Shown: positions 51,643-64,000, numbered from the stretch's first letter. The stretch is 64,000 nt of DNA from Lama glama (GCA_028534125.1 CM052816.1:33110001-33174000); one strand, 5' to 3'. Program-made: numbers and translations. The notes: generated from the sequence alone by a model not told the origin.

Positions 51643-52060
51643 TGGAGTAGATTAAAAATGGTTGCAAGTTCTTTATTGCATCCCCCTTGAAGAAGTGGGA
51701 TTTATTTCTTCAGTCTTTTGAACCTGGGCTAAGCACCAGCTATTACAAGCAACACAGTCCAACATTTTAAAAGAACTGACAGCTTCCACCTCCTCCTGCT
51801 GCCATGCTGAGAGGAAGTCCAAGCAGCCACATGGGCAGGCCTGGGGAGAAGAGAAATGAGGTGACCTCCCAGTCCCCAGCCAGGACCCATTTGCTCATCA
51901 TGCGACTAAGCCATTTTGTAAGTGGATCGTCTAGCTCTGGTCACAGACACAAGTCTTACCCTGCAGCTCTGCCCACAACTGTGAGATCATGAGCAAATAA
52001 TGTTCTTTTAAGTCTTTAACTCTGGGGGGGCAGTTTGTTACACAGCCACAGACAGCCAAA
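51643..52060 (+). mobile_element. MaLR MLT1-type LTR
   Basis: gtagattaaaaatggttgcaagttcttt...gaggaagtccaagcagccacatgg...gatcatgagcaaataa...gtttgttacacagc. Confidence 0.8.
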
Positions 52061-55000
52061 AAAGCCTCAGACCAAGGCTTCTATGTTTATAAGAAGGGAA
52101 AGGGAGAGGAGAGGCAAGGTGTTCAATAAGACACTTGAAGAACACCTACTATGTGCCAGTCTCCATGACAGGTTGCTACACTGCCATTCTGAAGCGAATG
52201 GTCTGTGTCTCAGACAGACACTAAACAACTCATTACAATGAAGTGCGATTCCATAGAGGCGTATAAAGAAGTATGAAGGGCTGTGGGAATTCGGTGATCT
52301 CAGTCCCTTCCAAGTCTGATATTTTGCAACTTGATGATTGAGAGTAAGTATATCTGTGAGATGGTCACTAACAGATAGTCATACAAGATAATCTATCTAG
52401 ACAACAATTTTCTCCTATACAGATGCACCTCTTAATTAGAGTATCAGTGAAGATGTGGGTTTCAGGAGCTACTCAACAAGTAAATGATGAAAGCACATAG
52501 AGTTGCCTCTATAGCACACATTCAGGAATGCAGTAATCTTATGAAAGAGGCTTTGAATAAACAAATAAGGACAGAGTAAAGGAAGTATGATTTCCTGGGG
52601 CAACTAAAGTTTCAAAGTAAACGGTGATGGAAGAATTTTTACCTATTCGTTGTTTAATAGGCAAAGAATATAAGCCGACTGCTTTGGATAGGAGGTTTTA
52701 ATTACTGCCAGGGAAGATTTTTAGTTTGCTACCTAATTAAATTTTTAGTTAGCGACATGAACAGATAGCTGTCTACCAGGCAAACAGATCCAGTCCATAG
52801 CTATTCTGTGAAGATGAATAAATTCAAGTCATACCCTGATAATGCTGCACCTTAAGACATCTTCCCAAGGTCTGAATTATTCTAAGAACCAAGAAATGTG
52901 ATTATGAGAGTAAAACAAGGGTAAACCACATACTAGTCCCACAAGTTTTACCAAGACAAACAGAACTAACCGCGACTGAAAACCCACGGCGTTAAGGAAA
53001 AGGATTTGAGACTTCCCTTGACAAGGTTTGGGATAATTTAATCTAATGCAGCTGAAAGTGTGTCCACTTAGCTTCTTGATAATGGGGAGGGAGACTGAAA
53101 GTCAGAATTTTCTGAGTACTTTTGATTTGGCTGATGCTGAAGTCCTTCCTTAACCTCACTTTAGGAAAAGAAAAACATTCTTTGAGTCTTCGATAGGGAC
53201 AGCTATTAGCCAAGAAAAAAAAAATAGCCAATTCATATTTCTTAAATTTTCTTTTTGTGGTCTGTTTTCAATGCTAAGGATTAGTTCGCTTTACTTCAAG
53301 TATTCACACTTGATAAAACGATTGTGGTCATTGATAAATAAAAATATTTTGAATGTCCACAGGTAGGGACAATTTTACTGTCTCATAATCTCACAGGATC
53401 TTAAGCAGCTATTGTTCAAAATAAAGACAAAAGGAACACATTCATGAATTTCCTGTTTTTCCATTGTAAAGTTCTCACACATACAAAACCCCTCACGCCA
53501 AACAGCCAGCTCCAGGCCTCCAAATCGTGTGTCCCTCACACCCAAATTCCCCTTTGCCTCTCCTGCACCCAAGCATTCCTGGAGCACTGTAGGCAGAGGC
53601 CTGCACCTCAATTGTTGACCAAAGCTAGCTGCGCCCAGGAACAGACCAGCAGATCACAATGAGAAATTGATTCAAGTCACCCCTCCTTGTTTAGGATTTT
53701 ACTGAGTCTGTGGCAATATTGTTGTGAAAAAGTCAACGACTCCTGTGGCTGGAGGACCCTTGTAGAAGGGGTAAGCTCACAAGTCAACACCAAAGAGAAA
53801 AGCCACTTGTTTATGACACTGAGAATAACACTAGGTCCTTCAGAATTCCTCTTGCCCCTGAAATGGCCATTGGGCATGGGGCTAAGTCTGACCCCACGGT
53901 GACCTCCTGAGCAGTAAGAGATCTGGCACTAAAGGGGCCTCTGAGGGTTTTTATTAGCTCTGCTTCCAGGTGAGGAGGAACCACCCAACAAAAGATGGCA
54001 ACTCTGTCCCCCAAGACTTACAGTAAAACCGGTGTTCAAGAGAAATCTTACAGTGAAAAGAACTCCTCCTTTCCATCATAGACCTCATGTGAGAAATACA
54101 AATGACTTGTGTTCAGATCTATGGATCCACATGGATACTGTCCTGTGGATGTGACAAAAAACGCAAATCCTCCAACTACTGACAAATTGAACTGAGATTT
54201 AGGGTCTACAAGGCATGAGCCACACAACCCTCTTTGCTTACAAATTCTCTTTACATACACTCTAACTTAAAATATGTACAAAGACTAAAAATAATTATCC
54301 TTAGAGTGCAACTACTCAATCTGCAGGGAAACTAAGACTGGGAGGATGGAGGGGCAACTCAATCACTGAATTTAGAAAGAAGGCGGGAAAGAGGGCAAGA
54401 AATGAATGAGCAGACCCTGAAGGGAAGGAGAGTAAAACTGGTAAAGGACATGGTTGGGGCAGAAATTTGTTTATTTTTTCAGGGACATAGCTATGTCCTA
54501 TAAAGCCCAAATATTACTTCTCTCACTAATGGAGGGGCCATGAAGCACCCTCAGCTCTTTCACTGGGCCCCAGGTTTTCCAAGGAGCACTTAAGGAGTGG
54601 ATACAACCAGGCAAAGAATGGAGTTTTATCTCCCACCCAAGGTTCATAGATACTCTCGGTTCATCTAATGCATTCACTCTGACCGTGCCAAACTACTGAA
54701 GTCAGTCCAGGCCTCCTCTCTCTCTCTTTAGTGTTCTAACCACCTTCTTTCTAAATCTCTGTGTTTCAGTTCTAAACAAAGGTGCTTGAATAGCACACTT
54801 CAGCTGACAGAGTTACAGCTGCCACACAGAAACAATGTGAAAGGCCTGCCAAAGACTACAAGATACATGCCATCAGTTTCTTATTTTGAAATGACTTAGA
54901 AGAAAAGTCAAAGGCTTCTCCTTAAATAGTGTCAAATTAATGGAGCAAGGTCCTGGGTTCTGTTTTAGATCTGAAATCTCTCCCTGCATGTAAAACTGGA

Positions 55001-56390
55001 AAAAATCACTTAGGTCTTCGTACCTCTTCCTCCACCTCCCGTTTTTAAGTTAAACACCTTCACTCTTAGCATCTCTTCAGCTGTCTACATCACAGGGAAA
55101 ACCACAGGGCTGAGGAAATGGCTCTACCTCATTCGCAACATCTTAAATGCTGTTTCAAACCAGCGCTGGGACAGCGCAGCAGCAAGACACTTAGAGCACC
55201 AGGCAGGGGCCAACCGCATTCACTGCTGGATACTAGCCTCCAAACTACTCAGATTTCCCCCGTCTACACCTCCCTCTCTTTCCCTGCACCAGCCCTCTCC
55301 CCACAAAGAGGGCTCCATCCTTTCATTTTCCCTTCATGGTTGGTAATCTGACATCACCTCTATCTGCCTTCTGGCTGTTTTTACACGGCTCCTTTTCTTC
55401 CCCTTTCCTCTCTCCGGCCACACTCAAGAAGCACAGGCTATTTTTTCTACTTTTGCCCCATGGATGGCTCAGTGACAGTGTTTAAGAGGAAAACCCACAA
55501 CCACTAAGCTCCTGCTGAATACATCCAATCACACAGACCTACTCCTCTCCAGCACCCAGTTCTGCCGATTTTCCATCACCACTTTTCAGGTATTCAAAGT
55601 CTAGGGAGGAGGTTTGCCAGAGGCATCCCTAAAGTCATCAAAAAAGGTGGCCTCGGGCATCTAACCGCTCATATATTTGCATATTGTTTGATGGAGCTTT
55701 AATTTCAAAGCTGGTCTCCAACACTCAAGTGGATTTGATACTGTGAGAGACAGGAATTGCAAATGCGCTTGCCTCAAAGACTCAGGAGTCCAGTCCCAGG
55801 CAGGAAATAAAGTTCTAAGCCGCTTTGATGTGCTTCCTCCCCACTCCCCTCCCCAGCGCTGCTCATTCGTCTCCTCCGAGGAGAGACCACCTTGCCTAAA
55901 CGGAACCAAACGCATTACACGTGGGAGCCGTTGGCAGATTTAGTACCCCAATGAGCTCCCCGGCCCCACCAAATTATCATCAGCTTAAACTCAACGAGAT
56001 CCCCGTGTATTCTGAGGACCACGGAAGGGAATGTTGTACTTGAAGTGGAGGGATGGGGGTGGGGTGGGGGGGTGAAGGTAGTGGGGGGTGGGAAGAGTCA
56101 GGGGACCCAGGCCACGGAGACTAAAACGCCTCGGCGGCGCGGTGAGGGCTTGTTTCTTTTTTAAGCCACTCGTTTCAGGCTGAAATATCAAGCCAGTTCA
56201 GGTCATTTCCTGAGTAGCACAACAAGTTAAAACAAGATCCGGAAAATCTATTAATCTTTAATTGCTCTGCCTCCAAACTGGGAGCGCGAGGCGGGTGGCT
56301 TGTGAGGCTGGGGGAGACGGGGAGGGAGGGGAGTTGGTGGCAAAGCAAATGCCTAAGAAACCAGAGTTCCCGACCTCAGCTGTTTCTTAC

Positions 56391-56447
56391 CTCACTCAGC
56401 TCGGCCGAGGAGTCGTTTCCATACTTCATGGCAACTCCAGAATTCAT
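56391..56447 (-). CDS. MCC: First coding exon of the short isoform of MCC (mutated in colorectal cancers); 19 codons, phase-0 splice donor
   Basis: Reverse complement reads ATG AAT TCT GGA GTT GCC ATG AAG TAT GGA AAC GAC TCC TCG GCC GAG CTG AGT GAG | gtaaga = MNSGVAMKYGNDSSAELSE, which I recognise as the N-terminus of the short MCC protein. It ends at a canonical donor and lies in a CpG island. Too short to appear in the ORF track. Confidence 0.95.
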
Positions 56448-56670
56448 GACTGCACTTTTCAGAGCCGAGCTCCTCCTCCTCCAGGTCTCGGAGCTTACGA
56501 GTTGGGTTTAACAGGCTGGATATCCACTGCTTGGTCCCTTCTGGCACATTTTAGTCTAGACAGCCATTTTCACCCAGGACAGTGGTGAAGCCCAAACGAA
56601 GGATGCAGGCACTCCTCAAAGGAACACGGCTGGCTCACGTTTCACGGACGAGCCATTGCTGCAGGAGGCT
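56448..56670 (-). other. MCC: 5' UTR of MCC short-isoform exon 1; the upstream boundary (TSS) is uncertain and may lie further right
   Basis: Contiguous with the ATG. The minus strand CCTCCTGCAGCAATGGCTCGTCCGTGAAAC...CTCTGAAAAGTGCAGTCATG resembles the human MCC leader as I recall it (not aligned). Confidence 0.8.
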
Positions 56671-57393
56671 GGGTGGCGTGGCGCGCTCGCAGCTGCCGCA
56701 GCGGCCGAGCTGGCGCGGAGACCGGGGCAGTGCCACCCGCAGCGCCGCCTCGCCTGTCCTACGGCGTCTCGCCGCCCCCCATTACCAGACTGGAGGGCAC
56801 CCCCCGCAGGACCCGGCCCCCTAGAGGTCTTCGGCGAGCTCCCGAAGAAACCAGGGCGAGGAAAATCTCCACCTCGGGTTCCGGGGAGGAAAGAAAGCTA
56901 GAGAGAGCCGGAGCCGGGCTGCGCTTCACGCTGAAGTTTCCCGTTTGAATCGTCTGGAGTTGTAAGTGCTCTCTGATTGAATACAGCTGTCTAGCTGCTG
57001 GCTACAGGGCGAGCGGAGGAGGCGGGGCCAGAAAGAGAAAAGAGGTGGCGGGGGAGGGAGGAGGCCAAGCAGAGGAGACCTCGCCGGGAGTGCAGGCATC
57101 CTTCCAGGTCTCTGCGATAGTAATTACGGGACTTCAGTCCAGGACGAGAAAAGAAACAGGAAAAGCCACCTGAGTAATCGTGCAGGAAAATTAAAAAACA
57201 AAAACAAAAACAAAAAAACTTCCCTCCTACTAGCGACTTTCCATAATTTAAGAAGGTCAAGACAATTCTGAACACTGTACGTCAAGCAGCCCTGTGCACT
57301 TTTCATGGTACATTAAGATTTACAAGAGCGTGGGGCAGTCATTTTCCCTGATCAGTCCAAGTCAACACTGAGGGTGTAAATTCATTGTCAAAC

Positions 57394-57397
57394 TCTC

Positions 57398-57436
<39 letters not shown>
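57394..57436. repeat. (CT)n microsatellite upstream of the MCC promoter
   Basis: Seen directly. Confidence 0.95.
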
Positions 57437-58289
57437 GGGGCAGATTGCATTTTCTGCATGTTCTTAATAAAGATTAAAATGATCCATCACATGAAAGATG
57501 TAAGACAGACTCAAATTTCCCATCCTCTCCAACCCTCAAACAGCCCTTAAAGATACTACATTTCCCATCCGCTTCAACCCCCAGACCTTCCTTAAAAAAC
57601 CTTACAGTTTATCTGAGCAAAGCGAGATTTGTATTGGGGGTGGGAGGAGTATGAATTCAGAAAAAATTCAAGAGGCTATTGTATTCAGTGGACTCCTGGA
57701 ATCAGAGCTCCCCTGCAGCCTTGAGTTTCCCTGAGGTAAAAAAAAAAAAAAAATCCGTTTGAATGTGTAAGGAGGAGCAGGGAATTGCTGCGGGGGTTGC
57801 CGGTAGGGGGGAAGGATTTTCTCTCTATAAAGGTTAAAGTCTCACTGAACTTGAGATGCACTGAGAAATGTTCTGATCCTTTACCAGTAGGTCTGCAGGA
57901 CTGCTTAAAAGGCCTCATCAGTCAATTTCTACACAATGGGAACAAAATGTCTCCATCTCCAATGACAGATCTTGGCATTTCCTGAAGCCTTCTACGAAAA
58001 AGCCATTGTATTGTTAATATCCAAGGTCTTTTTCTTTTTTTTAAATCGAGGATGTTTATTTTGCTTTTTAAGAAGAAGCAAAGAGCTTGACCATTTGCAT
58101 AGATCGTCTTACCCATGCGCCTTCCTGTTGAGTTCATTCACTGCCTGATGAAGGCACTACTGGGATGAAGAAGAGTTGGCAGCTTTTCTGGAGCACAGGT
58201 CCCAAGTGCTAGGGCACTGCCAGACCAGAAAACATCAGGAGAAGCTCTTCTGCATGGGAGGAGTTGGGAAGCCACATTATTTTACTTCT

Positions 58290-60500
58290 TTATTCATTAA
58301 AACCTGTTGAAGACTGACTGTGTGCTTGAAGATGGGGAGGGTAGTGAAAAATTATAAAAATATAAAGAAGACTCAAGCTGCCCATAGTGTTTATAGCTGC
58401 ATAAAACATAAAGAGAAATGACAGTTCTAAATAGAAGTAGAAATGGATACTTGCCATAAAAGCAGGATAAACTAAGATCTATTGCAGTTCAGAGAGGGAA
58501 ATAGGATTTTGGCTAGGCTGGGTGGGTGGAGACTCTGTGAAGGACTCTTAAGAGATGCAGCATGAGTTGATCTTTGAAGAATGGTTGAGACCCGCAAAGA
58601 TGGGGAGTGAGAAGAAGGTATCCGTGGATGTGGACCCACTGTAAGAGGAAATGGGGATGGCAACTAGAATATGCAAAGCATGTGTGGGGAAGGGCAGGTT
58701 GTTCTATTCTGGAATGGAACCAGGATTAGATAAGTGAGTTGAAGCCAGATTGTGGATAGTTTTGAGTGTCAGGCTAAAGAAATGGGACTTCTGATTGGCA
58801 ATGGGGGAAAAAAAGGCTTCTAAAGGTTTTCGAGCACAGAAGTAACAGGATCAAAGCTATGCTTTTTTAGACATTCCAGTGGATTTGTATCACACTCATG
58901 AGTAACTAATATGAATTCAAATAGACTAGTGTTGAGTGTGATTCTGGTGTTTAAAGAAACATATTTTTTATACTAGATGGCCCCTAAAACCAAGCAAATG
59001 ACTTCATCTGGTGTTCAACCAAAAGAAAAGCGATCTGTTCCAAGAGTGAAGGAAAAATTGGCACTGTTGAACTTATTAAGAAGCAATATGTCTGCAGATT
59101 CTACTTTATGGACAATATAAGGCATTTTCAAGAGCAATGTTGACTACATGGGATTTTCTTCTTTAACAATGACTTTAATACTTAATCCCCACATAAGATG
59201 CAACTTCACTACAATCTGGCAGCAGTAAATGTGGTAAATCGAAAGTAGGAAATGGACATGCCAACTGGACTATCCCAACAATCCAGCAAGAGGTTAAAAG
59301 GGCCTGAATTAAGTTGGGACAATGGAAATAGACAGGAAGAGGCAGATGTAAGAGGTTCTGTAGAAAGAGAGTAGAAAGAAATTGGAGTAGAAAGAGGAGA
59401 GATTAAAAATGACCTGTAGATCTAGAACTTGGCTGAATGGGGTTTGGGGCAATGTACCCAACAAAAATAGGTATTCCAGAGAAGAAACAGATCAAGGAAG
59501 AAACTACATTTGGGATATTGTAAGTTTAAGGTAGCATCTTCAAGTAAAAACATTTAGAAGAAAGCTTGAAATGGAGCTATAGAGATAAATCAAGGTTGAG
59601 ACAGAGATGGGGGTTTGGGGTTACCCCTATGAGAACAATAAATTAAACCACAGAAACAGGTAAAGTTGCCAAGGAAGAGAAGACAGAAAAAAGAGAAGTG
59701 GCCTCAGGATATTGTCTAAGGAAAGTCTTTTTTTTGGAGGGGAAAGAATAAAACAAGAAATGGTGGGAGAGGCCAGTTAGAGAAATAGGAAGATAACCAG
59801 GAGATCTCTGAGTCTGGGAGTCTAAGGGAGATGTCAAGACAGAAGGGACAGCATCAATATATATTATAGAGTGGGGAGAAGCCTGAAGACTGATAAAAGA
59901 CCATTTCAAAGACATTAATGTCCTTCGAAGATAAATCTCTACCAAGCCAAGGAAACAGAATGCAGATTACCACAGGGAATGAGGAGGATCTAGGGGCAGT
60001 AGCCATGGACTACTCTTTCCATAAATTTGAAGGTGACAGGAAATCGAAAGATGGGCTAGTTTCTTCAAGTAGATAAGCAATGTTGAGTAGAGGGTAGAAT
60101 GGGTGTATTTGTAGTCTGAGGCTAAGGGAAACCCTGGAGATACAGAGAGAAAAGGGAGATGGGGCAAAGTTCCTGAAAAATGAGGGAAGGAAAGGGGCCA
60201 AAGACAAAACTCATGAGATTAGCTTTGGAGTAGGCTCTAAGAGGAGAATTCAGATGCTCCTTCCCAGGAGACCAGGAACAGTTAGGAGAGCTGGAGACTT
60301 TATAGACTAGTAAAGAGAAGACTTCAGAGATACATAGTCACTAATAGCATTTGTGTGAAGAGTCATCCAACTTCCTCTGTGTGATTGTGGAGGAGTAATG
60401 AAGAGTAATGATAGCTTATAATCAAAATTTAATTTAAGAACAAGAAGACCACAGAATTGTCTGTCAAGGCAAGGAGAAGAGAGTAGTTGTGATTCCCACC
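58290..60500 (-). mobile_element. Long degraded L2 LINE, interrupted by a Tigger element
   Basis: Purine-rich antisense L2 text: tgagttgatctttgaagaatgg, ttgagtgtcaggctaaagaaatgggactt, ggactactctttccataaatttg. Confidence 0.7.
58877..59211 (+). mobile_element. Tigger/pogo-family DNA transposon deletion derivative retaining the transposase N-terminus
   Basis: 58977-59120 reads MAPKTKQMTSSGVQPKEKRSVPRVKEKLALLNLLRSNMS...*, resembling the start of a pogo/Tigger HTH-psq domain. Degenerate inverted termini cagtgga / ttcacta. Confidence 0.65.
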
Positions 60501-62234
60501 ACTGAAGTGATTCAAGCATAGATCAAAGGCTGGTGGGACACACCGAAAGCCAGTGGTATACAGAGTAGTTTTATGAAATAAGGGGGAGTCCAAATTACTT
60601 TTCTCCCAATCTACAATTCCATGAAATGAAGTTTTTTGGGGTGTTTGTTTGTTTGTTTTGCTTTGGTTTAAATGGTTTGTCATTTTTTTCACCTCTTAGG
60701 TGGTTGGGAATCTCTACTATCAAGAAAGCTAAGATGTTGCTGTAGATACGAATGAAATTGGGTCAATGTCCTAAGCAGATCAGAAATGCAAGGAGTCCCT
60801 CAGCATATCATGTCAGCACACCAAAGGGGAATGAGGTCCCAAGGGCATTTCCAATATATTAACAAAAAGTTCGCAAGATTAGTGCTCACTGTTGCTAAGT
60901 GCGTAACTGTGCATGCCTACAAATCCTTTCACATTATGACTGCCTCAATATGGCCCCTCTAAAGAGTTTCTCCAAGTCCTGCTTCAGCAGACAGTTAGCT
61001 CCTATCCAGGGGTACAGATAGGAAGTGGCAAGGGAATTTATCAAGATCAGGGGGCAGTTCTGGGAGAAGGAGGAAAACCTGTTTTCTGACTGGGCAATAC
61101 CCTGGGTCCCACTTCTTCCTGTCCTTGTCTTCCCTAGAAGCTAATCTCTTCTCCCCTGACTTCTGGGAGAAGAGGAGGCATCAGTGGTCCTGGGAGAGTT
61201 TCTGGGAAAGCAGAAGGTGCCTTTTGCATGAGTGGATGGGTCTGTGCCCTGATCACATGCTGTAGGCACACTGGCACTGCCTTTCTGCTGGCCCTTGTAT
61301 GTATGGCTGCTGACCTTAGTGAATTTCTACACAGTCAGGATTCTATTCTGGGTCTTGTCTATACCCTATACTGGTAATGAACATCACATTAATGGAACTG
61401 ATCTTGGGTAAAAGTCTTGAACCTCTCGCATTAAGGAAATTGACTGGACTTTGGGACTGGCTGACCTAAGCCCTGGTCTCTACCCCTAGGATGTCTAAGC
61501 CAGCCTTGTCCGTGGCAGCAGTCCACTCTGCTAAGTCAGACTGTCTTCCTCCAGCCCACAATTGCCCCTTCCCCCTTGAGTTTCTTAAGGGAAACCGAAC
61601 TTTGATACCTCAGACTTTAGGAAGAAAGTAGCCTGGTTAAGCTAATTCACACGAAGGTGAAAAATACTCATAACGTTCTCAACCATGACCAAAGTATTTG
61701 CATTGTAAAAGAGAATGCTTTCAAATAGTGCAAAATTGGTGAGATTTCCTGAAAAGAAAGTGACTTTCCAGGGGAAAGGGGGATTTCAGAACCCTGTGGC
61801 GATGCAGGAAGTTCCAGTCCTCTGAGTCCTTGAGAGTCATAAAAATCAGGGAGTCCTCAAAGTATATGCTCAAAAGAATTTCCTGCCCTAAATCTATAAG
61901 CCCATCCCCATGAGTCCAGAAATGCTCTGCCTAACTCAACTCCTGTGGCCCTCTGTTCAGTCACCACACCAGCTCTTCTCTCAGGCTCTGAGCCAGGACC
62001 AAGTCCCAGGTTGCAAGCCTGCAGCCTGCCTCCATGGCCTGCCCTATCAGACATTTGCTCCAGATGCCACAATATGAAGAATTCAGGAAGCATTGCACTG
62101 GATGTTCTTTGTCTTAATGTCTGTATCCTCAGAGAATGACAATAAAAACCTAGAAAAAATCCTCAATCACCTACCTCATCCCTGTATTCCACTTACAGAG
62201 GTGAGAATATGAGGGTCAGGAAGTTTGTGGTGTT

Positions 62235-62810
62235 GATTCAAAAACAGAAAAGCACCCACCATGTGCCAGACATTGTGCTGTGCCTTGGGATTCAGCGGTG
62301 TATGGGATGGAAAAAATCCTTGCTTTCACAGAGCTAGCATTCTTGGTGGAAAATGATTAATAAGAAAATATAGAAGAGAGTTATAGCTTATGGTGGATGC
62401 TCTAAATGAATTAAGCTGGAGCTATGATGAGGGAGAGCAAGCCTCTTAAATGAAGTAGTCAGAGGCGGCCTTGATGAGGAAATGACATTTCAGCACGAAG
62501 GTCAAGAAGAAGTCCACTGGCCAAAAGTAGGGGACAATGGCCAGGTGGAAGGATGAGCAAGTGCAGAAATTCTGGGGCAGAAAAGGGCTTGACCTTTCCA
62601 ATAAACTTCAAGTTTTAAATTTAATTTAAACTTTAATAAAAAGGTAGACATTATGATAGAAAACGATGAAGAAATGATCGACAAGCCAGACCATGCAGTG
62701 TGTGTGTGTAGGCCATAGATTTCATTCTGTGTGCATGGAGATGTCACAGGAAGACTTTAAGCAGGGCAGAGACATGGTCCAATTTACATTTTAAAAAGGT
62801 AATCTATTCT
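62235..62810 (-). mobile_element. L2 LINE fragment; appears to resume at about 63620-64000
   Basis: agcacccaccatgtgccagacattgtgct...tccttgctttcacagagct...tttaagcagggcagagacatggtccaatttacattttaaaaag. Confidence 0.8.
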
Positions 62811-62829
62811 TATACAATCTTTAACAACA

Positions 62830-63600
62830 GGTAGCCTAAAAAACAGACAAAAGAAAGTTCCTCACTTATATGAGTATTCCTGCAAATGAAGTATTGATGG
62901 AATTAGAATATCCCTATTTTGCAATCTCTAATGATTTAATAAATTTGGGTGTAAAACACAATGGCTACTAACATCACAAAAACTAAATACATGACTTATG
63001 ATGGAAGAATACAGTACCACCTATGAAGCCATCTTAGCAATTTTTAACAAGAAGGAACATGTCACATTAGCCACAGGGGTGCAATCAGCAAAATCCAGAC
63101 TATAACTCTACAGGAGAAACAATCTGGTTCTTTCAACAAGTAAATTGGAAGGGAGAGAAAAAAGCAAGTGAACGAGTGAGATATTAATAGAAGGAGAACC
63201 CTATAGACAGAGCAACCTATTGCAGTATGTGCTCCTTATTGGGATCTTGAGTCAAATTAACTGACTGTAAAAAATTATGATACCTCTGAGACATTCAGAA
63301 ATTTACTTTTTGAATATTTGATGCTATTTTATATTATTATTAATTTTTAAACATGTGTTGTCTTGTGTTTATCATTAAAAAGTCACGTTTTCCAGATATA
63401 TATTGAAATATTTAGGGGTGAAATGATATGATTTCTGGGTTTTGTGTCAAAATACTAGAGGCAAGGAAATAGATGGGGTTTCCAATCTGACAGACTGGTA
63501 TGCAATGATAACTGTTAAAGCTGGGTGACAGCTATATGGGAGTTCATACTCCTCTCTCTGTCCACTTGTATATGTTTGAAAGTCTTCATAATAAAAGAAG
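62830..63600 (+). mobile_element. Old L1MC/ME-type 3' UTR inserted in the L2
   Basis: gatggaattagaatatccctattttgcaa...ggggtgcaatcagcaaaatccagact...ataactgttaaagctgggtgacagctatatgggagttcat. Confidence 0.75.
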
Positions 63601-64000
63601 CCCAAAACGGATAATTTTGCCTTTATGTAAAGAATGGGTTGTACTGCCATCAAAGTACAGCAAGAAAACTTGTTAAATGCTATTGCAGTTTTAAGAGGAT
63701 ACATATGGCTTGAAGCCCAATGAAATCAATGAGGATGGTGAGAAATGGATAAACTTGAAATACATTATTTAGATAAAACTGAGTCAGACTTGGTGAATGA
63801 TTGGATGCAGGTAACAGAAGGAGGAATCAGGATGACCATCTGTTTTGGGGCAGAAAAACTGCGTGTGGGGAGGGACTGGGATTGGGAGAATCAAGGGTTT
63901 CATTTCGGACACGTTAAATTGGAGAATCCTATTTGACATCTAAGTGGATGCCAGTAACAGTTGTATAAATGAGTTTGGGGTTCAGGGGAGAGACAGACTA

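Larger units (their letters stand above)
1..56390 (-). other. MCC: Intron downstream of MCC short-isoform exon 1, continuing beyond the left window edge
   Basis: Starts at the GT donor at 56390. The next expected MCC peptide (LHSAALASL...) was not seen in the window. Repeat-rich non-coding composition. Confidence 0.75.
55900..57200. promoter_or_regulatory. MCC: CpG island / promoter of the MCC short isoform, with GC boxes
   Basis: Dense CpG and GC content, peaking at 56640-56950. GC boxes GAGGCGGGGC (57019-57028) and GGTGGCGGGG (about 57042). Overlaps the first exon. Confidence 0.85.

Noticed and set aside
56262..56948. Several plus-strand ORFs across the CpG island
   Set aside because: Stop-codon scarcity in GC-rich DNA gives low-complexity Arg/Pro/Gly peptides; the real coding exon is on the minus strand.
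60880..61560. Possible ancient LTR-like sequence
   Set aside because: I could not identify termini, TSD or a family with enough confidence.
1..64000. CRISPR array, operon, intact provirus or novel multi-gene system
   Set aside because: No regularly spaced repeat-spacer array, no long non-L1 ORFs and no gag/pol/env; the window is repeat-rich mammalian intron and promoter DNA.

Overview
Mammalian, non-prokaryotic DNA, most likely from a camelid (alpaca or camel), judged from five tRNA-Ala-derived vic-1-type SINEs and matching L1 3' ends. The only coding sequence I can support is the 57-nt first coding exon of the short isoform of MCC (minus strand, 56447-56391, MNSGVAMKYGNDSSAELSE, donor GAG|gtaaga), inside a CpG-island promoter. 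Everything to its left is inferred to be the following MCC intron, and the right end is upstream sequence. Most other recognisable sequence is interspersed repeats: L1, L2, CR1/L3, MIR, ERV and MaLR LTRs, and hAT and Tigger elements. Repeat family names come from recalled consensus sequences, not from a search. I found no CRISPR array, operon or novel multi-gene system. The most notable unexplained structures are a 68-bp inverted repeat (818-885 and 1733-1800) differing only by transitions, stacked uORFs in the MCC leader, a mirror-image L1+SINE pair (42.0 and 46.2 kb), an antisense solo LTR with an intact promoter, and an intronic CpG-rich patch.
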